From the NCBI GenBank assembly GCA_038496445.1, contig JALMLS010000039.1, positions 55,096 through 119,095 on the forward strand: a stretch of DNA of 64,000 nt. The letters are read 5' to 3'. A program made the position numbers and the translations under genes. Each line of letters starts with the position of its first letter. The first letter of the stretch is position 1. This document shows, one piece after another, positions 54,903 through 64,000 of the stretch. This stretch comes from Trichosphaerium sp. ATCC 40318 (taxonomy: Eukaryota; Protista; Tubulinea). The notes under the pieces were generated by a model that had not been told where the DNA came from, did not search any database, and was given only the letters and a program-made list of their open reading frames with translations.

Positions 54903-55663
54903 CTTTTGATCGGTTCTAAGTAGGTGAAAGATAGATTTAAGTTAACTCACAAATTGCACTTGTGTGTAAACTTTGCGAGCAAAATTTTTGTCTATTTAGA
55001 CTAAATAAGCCCATGATACTCGGCCATTTAATACGGTAACATCAGTTCACATACTAGCATACTAATCAACAAAGTACGGACACAATCATGTGTACATTGG
55101 ATAAAGAAAAAAACCTAGTTTCCTCATCTAAACAAGCACTTGCATGCTTCCTTGAGGTTTTGTTCACTATGTTTTGGTGTGAGAATACTCTCAAATACTG
55201 GTGCATATAATACATGAAATTGCAATGCGGTCGTAATTGGTATATGTCAGCAATATACAAAGGAGCTATGGCAAGGCACTACTAAACGATGTATCTTTCA
55301 AGCAACAAGCCACATGATCCAATATCAAACTCTTACTTAGAAGTGTGTTGTAAACTAAAAGGAGTAGGTTCTAAGTTTATATAGAATCCAAATGATGTGC
55401 GACTTAGCTAGCTTTTTTACGAACTTGGCTCATTCTAAAATAGGAAATTTCTTGAACGTTTTCATAATCTTAACTACGGTAGTACTGCAAGTATTCGACA
55501 AAATGGCTTTGTAGACCCATAATACGGAAAGGAAGTGCGCTTACCATAAACGAGCAAAATGTACAAAACAAGAAATAGTCAAGCTTTTTAAGATCACTTT
55601 TCTAGCTCACCTTTATTTCGTTTAAACAACACGAGTGGCATTACCCAGAAGCCTAAACAAACG

Positions 55664-56242
55664 ATGGGCACGTTTAATATCGTCTCAGTACTGTTACTGA
55701 GCATTATCGTCTTGTGCAACGCAGTACGGTATAGGCCAGTACCTAAGGTTACTATGAAGACGTCACAAGACTTTAATTGCAAAGCTTGGTTGATTAAAGG
55801 AGACAACATCGTCTACGACGAAACAAACATGTATTCAGAATACTCTACAACCTACGACCCACCTAGAGAGAATTTCAGACGAAGAAGCGGAGAAGACCGC
55901 GAATTCGTCACAGACAGCGCGGTTGACTTTAGAATTTGCACAGACGGTATCGAATGTGATCCAAAGTACACTAGACAGTACGAAGTAAGACGATGGTGGC
56001 AACTGGAACGTCTTATTGAAGGAATATTTGATGAGCCGTTGTTTACTAGTTTCAGAGGCAGTCAAAGAGTTAAGGTGTCTGGAAGTGGTAATGAAGATAT
56101 GTTCAGGTTCAACCTAGATAACGACGAAACAGTTTGCCAGTTGTTTGCAGTTAAGAAAGGATGGTTTTCTGGCTTTAAGTTCGAGTATACTCTTTGTCAT
56201 GTGTGTACTGTTGAAGAAACACAACAGAAACTCTATCAATAA
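55664..56242 (+). CDS. Intronless secreted hypothetical protein (192 aa)
   Basis: Clean ATG-to-stop ORF, signal peptide MGTFNIVSVLLLSIIVLCNA, 6 Cys in the mature part; no recognised domain. Confidence 0.75.
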   Translation: MGTFNIVSVLLLSIIVLCNAVRYRPVPKVTMKTSQDFNCKAWLIKGDNIVYDETNMYSEYSTTYDPPRENFRRRSGEDREFVTDSAVDFRICTDGIECDPKYTRQYEVRRWWQLERLIEGIFDEPLFTSFRGSQRVKVSGSGNEDMFRFNLDNDETVCQLFAVKKGWFSGFKFEYTLCHVCTVEETQQKLYQ

Positions 56243-56900
56243 ATATCTTAAACCCGTTTAACAATATTGACTGTTTTTATATTGATACCACTATAATACA
56301 CCTAACCCAACGTTTTAAATGCGGGTTTGTCTATTAAAAACGCTTTTGAGATTCGTTGAACGAAAAAAAGAACTAGCAGGCTTTAGCCGCGTAAAAACTA
56401 CTCCTCATGTACTGAATAACGGGTGAGACATCACCAGTAACAAAATAGGTTCAAAAGTAATTTGAAAGTTCTGAAGTTTGGCGAACGATTTGATCATTTG
56501 TGTATTTCTATATAAGTCTACAGTGGCGTAAGAGGTTTCTTACTAGTTGCCACGTTGGCTAGCGCTATTAACTGATGGGAAAAAATATTTCCCTGGTTTT
56601 GTGGAACCATAAGTCCCCGTTAATTATAGTCTCGTGTATCACGTGATACAAATATCAGAATATTCAAGGATATTACGAATACTTTGTGAGTTTTAATTAT
56701 CACCTTATCAAGTATAGGCAAAGAATAATGCACCAAAATACGTTTTAACCTTCCTCACGTGTTCCCCGCTCATAATTGAAACCGTGAGACTTGGGGATTT
56801 TGTGTATTCACGTGATCTCATCGCATCACTTTCATGAACGCATTTATTTGTTAATTAATTCATAAAACAACGAATAACACGCCACGTCTCCGATTCTACA

Positions 56901-58052
56901 ATGTCATCAAAGCGGGTACTATTTAATTCTTTCTATTTATAATTGTCTAACTATCATCGCTAGAGTAAATCTGTTCCCTCAATAACATCAAGTGCTCATC
57001 GCGGTTGCTACCTATTTAGCCTTCCGGCAGAGATACAGCTTGATATTTGCGATTTAGATCCCGAAGTCTATTTAAAATGGCCTCTGCTTTCAAAACATGC
57101 AGCAATGTCAACACGGTATAACTATGATATGAAAAAGACGGGCAAGTGGTTGAAGTATAACCACAGTGGTCAATTGAGAGAACAAGGATATTTCGTCAAT
57201 GATAAACTACAAGGCGAGATCAAGAAGTGGTACAAGAACGGTCAACTAAAGAAGAGTTTTTATGTCAACGGAAAGCAAGAAGGAGAGTTTAAGAAATGGC
57301 ACAGAAATGGGACCTTAAAAGAACACTGTCATTACATCAACGATAAGCGAGAAGGAGAGTATAAAAAGTGGTACAGTAACGGTTCATTACACCGACATAC
57401 TCGCTTTGCCAATGGCGAACTTGATGGCAAACTCGAGCAGTGGTATTATAACGGACAAATAGAAGAGACGTGTTTCTTCGTAAAAGGTAAAAAAGAAGGA
57501 GAGTACACACGATGGCATTGGGATGGTAAATTGTCAAGGCAAGGGTATTATATCAACGGTATACGAGATGGTAAACATACAGAGTGGTATAGGAGTGGTC
57601 ACGTGTTTGAAAGGAATTATCATAATGGTAAACTTGAAGGAGAGAAAATATGCTACTACAGTAATGGTCAAATTAAAGAGCATTGCAATTACGTTAATGG
57701 CAAAATAGAAGGAGAGAAAAAGACTTGGTATTTCAATGGTCAGTTGATGAGCACGTGTTCTTATGTCAAAGGTAGAATAGAAGGAACTCAAACATGCTAT
57801 TATTATCACGGTAGAGTAATGAGTCGATCTAATTTTGTCAAGAGTAAGCTTGAAGGAGAGAAGAAGTGGTGGTATGAAAATGGTAACTTGAAAGAAAAGT
57901 GTTTTTACGTTGAAGATAAACTACAAGGAAAGAGATATCTTTGGTATGATAATGGTAAATTGAGATCAAAGTACTATTTTATGAATGGTGTACTTCAAAA
58001 GAAGTATAGTAAATCATGGCACAAGCTTTTTATTGATGTACTGTTCTATTAA
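56901..58052 (+). CDS. F-box-like + MORN-variant repeat protein, copy B
   Basis: MSSKR|SKSVPSITSSAHRGCYLFSLPAEIQLDICDLDPEVYLKW... in frame with the 315-aa ORF; paralog of 34163-35309. Confidence 0.85.
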
Positions 58053-58397
58053 TATGTAAATAAAAAAGATTATGATATTTGTCATGCCAGTTTTAGTTCA
58101 TATAGAGCTCGGTTTCACTTTGGCCCATCTCTTGGGAAATTATGTAATACATTGTGAGCATGGCATTAATGAATAACAAACATTGCGACTCCATTTTATG
58201 ACCTCATTATGGTGAACTGATTAGATTGATTTAACCCATACTTCAACAAATGATTTTTCAAGTATGAAACGGGAACTTTTCTACCATTGTCTTGAGAACT
58301 TTAATTAAAACCCTCAATGAACAATCACGTGTTTTAGGTTGTATTGTTTACTACAAAAAAGTTGGATATCAGTTAATGACAAAATTTAATTAAATAT

Positions 58398-59717
58398 TTA
58401 ATCAGTATAAATATAGACACCACGTTCTACAAGGTACACTTCTACACCTATTTTTTTCAAATCATAAATGATATCTTTGTTGACAGTACTACTATGTTTC
58501 AATTCCTTTAAATATGAGAGTGTACACAAGCTCTCACCTTTTACTTTTGAACATGAATCAATATTAAGAATATGAACTCCAACAAGTTCCGCAATACCCA
58601 AGTCTGTAACTTGCTTACAGTCGAAGATGTTGACTGTATGAGCAGAAGCTAGATACTTCAAATGATCATCTGTGATTTTCGTGTGAGACAAGTTAATGTC
58701 ATGCACACCTTGCAATGCCTTTAAACATTCACCTGTAACTTTTGTTGATGCTAGATCAATAGTATGTACACCAGCTAGCGCCTTGATACCATCATCAGTA
58801 ACTGCTGTGTAGTGTAGATCAATCACATGTACGCCAGCCAAAGCTTGAATGCTCTTATCCGTAATTAATACACACTGACCCAAATCAATGGTATGGACAC
58901 CTTTCAATGGTTTCAAATCATCATCTGTGATGTGCTTATGAGGTAATGTGATCGTATGTACGCCTGCCAATGCCTTCAAACCATAGCCTGTAACATTAGT
59001 TCCAAACAAACGGATTTTATGCACACCGCTCAGTAACTTGATTACCTCATGTGTTATATTTTTACACCAAGTTAAGTCTATAGTATGTACACCTTTCAAC
59101 ACGTTTAAACATTCATCAGAAACACTTGTATTAGTTAAATCAATTGTATGAACACCCTTAAGCGCTTTGACGCCTTCGTTTGTTATTCCTTTACAATGTG
59201 CTAGGTTTATAGTATGTACACCTTTCAGTGACTTTAATCCATTGTCTGTAACGTCTGTATTACGTAGATTAATCACGTGTACTCCAGATAATAGTTTGAT
59301 GCCCTTGTCTGTAATTCTTCGACAATCTGACAAATTAATGTTGTTCACGCCTGATAATGCTTTAATACCCCTATCTGTTATTTCAGAACAAAAAAGATTA
59401 ATAGTAAGGACGCCTGAAAGTAAAAGCATGTTGCTGTCAGTAGCATGGACATCAATATTAGATAAAGTTATTGTTGTATTTTGAAGTAGAGGGCTTCCCG
59501 AAAGTCTAGTCAGCTCGCTTTCGTTCATTACGACAATGTTATTGTATCCAACGTGGTTGTGAACAATATCTCGCAATAGATGGCATGTTTGGGCTGTACG
59601 AAGTGTATACCTCCCTTGGTTGAGAATATGCACAATAATCTCAACTGGCAGCGCGATTAGGTCGAAGGTTTGGTGATTTGAACCACTTTCTATCGTTTGC
59701 TGTTCACGTGCGTTCAT
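58398..59717 (-). CDS. F-box-like + LRR protein (divergent family member), intronless
   Basis: FDLIALPVEIIVHILNQGRYTLRTAQTCHLLRDIVHNHVGY...LSGSPLL, then about 14 GVHTIxL repeats. Confidence 0.9.
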   Translation of the reverse strand: MNAREQQTIESGSNHQTFDLIALPVEIIVHILNQGRYTLRTAQTCHLLRDIVHNHVGYNNIVVMNESELTRLSGSPLLQNTTITLSNIDVHATDSNMLLLSGVLTINLFCSEITDRGIKALSGVNNINLSDCRRITDKGIKLLSGVHVINLRNTDVTDNGLKSLKGVHTINLAHCKGITNEGVKALKGVHTIDLTNTSVSDECLNVLKGVHTIDLTWCKNITHEVIKLLSGVHKIRLFGTNVTGYGLKALAGVHTITLPHKHITDDDLKPLKGVHTIDLGQCVLITDKSIQALAGVHVIDLHYTAVTDDGIKALAGVHTIDLASTKVTGECLKALQGVHDINLSHTKITDDHLKYLASAHTVNIFDCKQVTDLGIAELVGVHILNIDSCSKVKGESLCTLSYLKELKHSSTVNKDIIYDLKKIGVEVYLVERGVYIYTD

Positions 59718-60031
59718 TTTAAAATCACAACCTCGCTATAAGTTGATTCAAACGCTAGTGGAAGGGTCCAAGTTCGAAAAAATTAAGCCAACCCAAAAAA
59801 AAGAATCACGTGCCAAACTTACACAGTTCAACATAAACGACGAACAAAACTGCTTTTTTCGACGTTAGTTTCCCGAAATGCATTTTAAGCACTGGTACTG
59901 CATCTACGGAAACAACGCCACTACGCTAGCACAGTGGAGGCAGGATTTTGATTCTTTTACGATTGAGTTATTTCGTCAAAAAAGTCAACGGTATTTTGAC
60001 TTCTTTTTTCAGTTTAGCTGTTCCTAACAAG

Positions 60032-62090
60032 ATGCAAATCACCTTGGTAACATTCACTATCTTACTTGCTTGTGCTTTGGCACAAGTTTCGAGGCCTGGT
60101 ACCCCAAGAAGCTTCAAAATCAAAGAGTTGGCAGAAACACCTGTCTACAAGACTGGACACGTTGATGCGTATGCCATGATGGAAGAAGATGAGATGAACC
60201 GCGTTTCTGATGTAAAATTACCTTACCGCTTCGGTTACCCTTTCTTCGTTAATATTACAACTGATAACTCAGGTGTATGGCAAGTAGAGAAAGGTAAGTA
60301 ACAATTTCTAACCACTTGAACGTAAAAACACGTAATTTTTTTTTTGTTTGTTCTCTTTTTTTTGCGAACAAGTATCGTCTTTATGTTTATGTCGTTTCGT
60401 GTTATTAAAATTACAAAAGAAAAGTCACCTCCAAAATGAAAAATTTTTAAATCACGTGATTGAATTTTTCCGCTGTTAAACGGACTAACTTTGGTTTTTT
60501 TTTTGTAGCTGGAAAGTACAGACTTTGGCGTCTTGCTATTAAATGTGATCACGCTTATTCAATCAATCTTGTCTTCTCGCGTTATAGACTACCTCCTGGA
60601 GCTAGCTTGTATGTCTACACCCCAGACTTCAAAACAACTCTCGGTGCTTTTACCGAAGACAACAACAAGAACGACTATTTGATGGCAATTCAACCAATAT
60701 CTGGTACAGAGCTCGTCATTGAGGTACGTATTTTTATTGCGCTATTGCTTTATTTTTAAATACGCGTAACACGTGACTGTGATCTATTGTGAACGCTTCC
60801 TTTTTTTGATATTTTTGGTTCGCGTTGTTTTATGGTTAACTTTGTTTTTATAGTACAATGAGTTGATCGACACAGCGTTCAAGGGAGAGATTGCTATCTC
60901 TACTATTGTCCACGCTTACAGACCAGTATTTTCTCAACTCACTAGAGGACCATCTGAGTTCTGTAATATCAACGTTGCTTGCCCAGAAGCCGAGTACGCT
61001 TTTGAGTTTTTAGTATTTTTTTCAGCAAGTTTTTTTTTCTAAACGAAGTTAGCGATTGGCAAGATCAATCACAAGCAGTTGCTTTGATCACCACTGGATC
61101 TGGTAATGCCGTATGTACTGGAAGTATTCTCCACAATACTAAAAAAGATTTCAAACCTCTTTTCCTTACCGCCAACCACTGTTTGGGCAACCCTTCCACA
61201 TGGGTACGTCTTTTGGAAGTTTATAAAAAAATAACGAAAAGTTATTTGATCTTTTGTGCTAACTGTTCTCTTTCAGGTCTACGTATTCAACTACCAATCC
61301 CCAACATGTGATGGTGATATTGGCCAAAAAACTGATTCTATTCAAGGTGGTACACTTCTTGCTAGAGGTGCTGCTTCAGACTTTGCTTTGGTAGAGCTTA
61401 GTGAAGCAATTCCAAAATCATACAATGGTAAACAATCACTAGCGCACTTTTAGATGATTTGTGTTTAATAACCTTTTTAGTCTTTTTTGCCGGTTGGTCT
61501 GCTGTCAATGTACCTGCTGTATCAACTGTTGGTATCTCACACCCATCTGGAGACATCAAGGTAATGATTTCTCGGTTTTTTGCGAATTGAAAAAAGTCAC
61601 GTGACGTAACTTTTTTTGATAAAAATTCACGTGAATAATTACATCTGTTTAACATGTTTAACATGTTTTTTCGTGTTAGTTGTTCGCTAATATTGTTGTG
61701 TTTATTATTAGAAAATCGCTGTAAACAAGGACCGTGTTACTTCTTCTCAATGGTCTGGTCAATACAGGGATACTCATTGGAGAGTAAACTTCTGGGATGA
61801 CGGTACAACTGAGCCTGGTTCATCTGGTTCTGCTCTTTTTGATCAAAATGGACGTGTTGTTGGTCAACTACATGGAGGTGCCGCTTCATGCTACAGAATT
61901 GACTACGATGTATACGGAAAGGCACGTGAAGACAGAAAAATAAAATACAAGGGTCAAATGTTTTTTTGACATTTTGTATTAGATCTCTTATTCATGGGCT
62001 GCTGGTTCCAGCGATGCTGATCGTTTGGATGTATGGTTAGATCCTGAAAATACTGGTACTACTGTATTTGATGGTGAATATCAGCCGTAG
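60032..62090 (+). CDS. Secreted serine protease, lysyl endopeptidase (Achromobacter protease I, S1D)-like, with propeptide; multi-exon
   Basis: Signal peptide; CNINVACP, CTGSIL..LTANHC (His), SDFALVEL (Asp), HPSGDIKKI, TTEPGSSGSALF (Ser), GQLHGG, WLDP; TAG at 62088-62090. Confidence 0.9.
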
Positions 62091-62391
62091 ATGATGACAA
62101 CGATATACTGTACAGAGCTCTTTAAATAAAGCTCTTTTTGTCTTCTTTTTTTGTTAACGTTATAATACCTTCTTATTCCTGTACACCTAAATTCTATACA
62201 CGCGTTGTGTTGCATTACAAGAAAACTGAACAAAAAAACGGTTACCAGTAACAAAACGGTCCGCAAAGATCCTTTGAGTCAAAATGAGTAAGATCCATTT
62301 ATGTTACACAACAGCCTCAACCGGCGCTACGCTCATAGGCATTGTACTACTAAGAAATACACGCCTCAAATCATAAAAAAACAGTTCCCTA

Positions 62392-63281
62392 ATGAGTAAA
62401 GACGAACGGGAAACTATAGAACTTCTAGACATACCGACAGAGATACTGGCGCACTTGCTTGATTTTTTAGACCGCAGTTATAGATTCCCGCTTCTCAAAG
62501 CTGTAAACGATTATCATCCATAATACTACACCACGTGGGATACAAACGAATCTCTGTTAAATCAAGATCAGACTGTTCACGTCTTTCAGGAAGTCCACTA
62601 CTAATAAACACGGAAATATACTTTGGAGATTTCATAGAAGCAACAGACTCAGATCTTTCTCTAATTTCAGGTGTTCGCAGGCTATTCCTTCGTACAAATC
62701 ATGGTATCACCGATAGAGGGTTACACCGTGCTACTGGTGTTCAATCTTTAACACTACAAGATTGTAAACGCATTACAGATTTCGGAATAGGACCACTTGT
62801 TAAAAATCTTAAAACAATTTGTCTGATAGATGTAGGGTATTATCAATTGACGTTACTTTTTCTTACTGGAATACCGAGTATTAGTTTACCATCATCGAAA
62901 ATACTTACAGATGACATACTGCATAAATTAGCTGGTGTACATACAATCGATTTAAGTGGTTGTAAACGCATCTCAGATAAAGGTATCTCATCATTGGCAG
63001 GTGTACATAAAATATACCTATGTAGCACAAACGTGACCGACAAAGGTATATCAGCTCTTGCTGGTGTGCACACTATTGATATATCTTGGTGTTTGGGAGT
63101 AACTGGATCCTGTATGAAAGATATATCAGACGCATATGAAGTTAAATTATCGTATACTAGTGCCAGTGATTATTGGATTGATCAACTTACCGGCGTCAAA
63201 GTATTACAATTACAAAATTGTAATATTACAAACAAGTGTCTAATTGCTTTGGCACAAAGAGGTGTTACAGTATGTAGGTAG
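62392..63281 (+). pseudogene. F-box + LRR gene with a 1-bp frameshift (pseudogene or assembly indel)
   Basis: MSKDERETIELLDIPTEILAHLLDFLDRSYRFP; one missing base at TTCCCG (about 62488) separates it from ASQSCKRLSSIILHHVGYKRI...LSGSPLL and the LRR ORF. Confidence 0.75.
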
Positions 63282-64000
63282 ACTAACACGTGTACAAACT
63301 GTAGTAAACACCCATAAACCAATTTCCTGCATTCCAGAACTTAGCTCTCCCGCTTCGGACGAAGTGGCTACAATACTAACAAAAACAATAAAAATATGAG
63401 AAAGTCCATACTGGAGTTCGAGATCGCGTCATTATTATAACGCGCCATTGACAGTATAAAATCAACCCTGTTTTATAAGTGGTATATATTAACATAACCA
63501 ATAGTCGCAACACAAAAGAAGAAGTAGTGGTTTGTCTCATATTCCCAACGTTCTGAAAGTGAGTTGAATGGAAACATTAAGTAGCAACTACCCAGTATTA
63601 TCAGTGAACAAGCACTGTTAGACACGTCCCAAGTTATTCAGATAAGCCATAAGGCTTTGCTTAGTTGCAGATAACGGCAACTCCTTATCAGTAAGGCCAA
63701 AATCCTGAGCAGAAAATCCGTTGAATTTCGTTACAATATTGTTTTATGTTTGAACTTTTTTTGGTTTTCGAGTTTAGTCTTACAATTTGTTTTAACAATC
63801 CTTTATACAATATAACAAAAAAATAGCTCACACTTGAGCTCAACATGAAAGCACGAAACGGCGAAGAACCCAATTTTGTGGATTTGGTACACTCTAGCAT
63901 GTCTGTCTGCTACAAATTGGGAGTGGCTTTTTAACAAGTAGGGTTAACACTAACTTAGGATAGCATTTCAAGTCAAATCCTCCAGGCAAAACTTTTTTTT

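Overview
AT-rich, gene-dense eukaryotic genomic DNA with many short (about 40-300 nt) spliceosomal introns, most likely from an amoebozoan protist (it carries a clear ortholog of Dictyostelium LrrA). Two kinds of content alternate. (1) Intron-rich conserved genes: a dual-specificity phosphatase, CDC5, lrrA, a cytochrome P450, METTL3/MT-A70, a transportin-3/importin-13-like karyopherin, neurochondrin and a bacterial-type lysyl-endopeptidase-like protease. (2) A fast-evolving accessory layer between them: six intronless F-box-like + LRR genes (one frameshifted) plus a decayed LRR relic, three F-box-like + MORN-variant genes, an RCC1-like gene, a C-type-lectin/PPTTE-mucin gene with two pseudogene paralogs, small secreted or membrane orphans and four non-autonomous DNA transposons (two hAT-like, one Kolobok-like, one MULE-like). 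Most notable: (a) three near-identical F-box-LRR paralogs are built from the same two 63/66-bp modules in different number and order, with substitutions confined to predicted ligand-facing codons, suggesting a shuffled substrate-receptor repertoire; (b) the palindrome CACGTG is strongly over-represented, repeatedly differs by one base between paralogs and even overlaps a GC-AG splice donor. Gene models and counts were made by eye, with no database searches, so exon boundaries are approximate.
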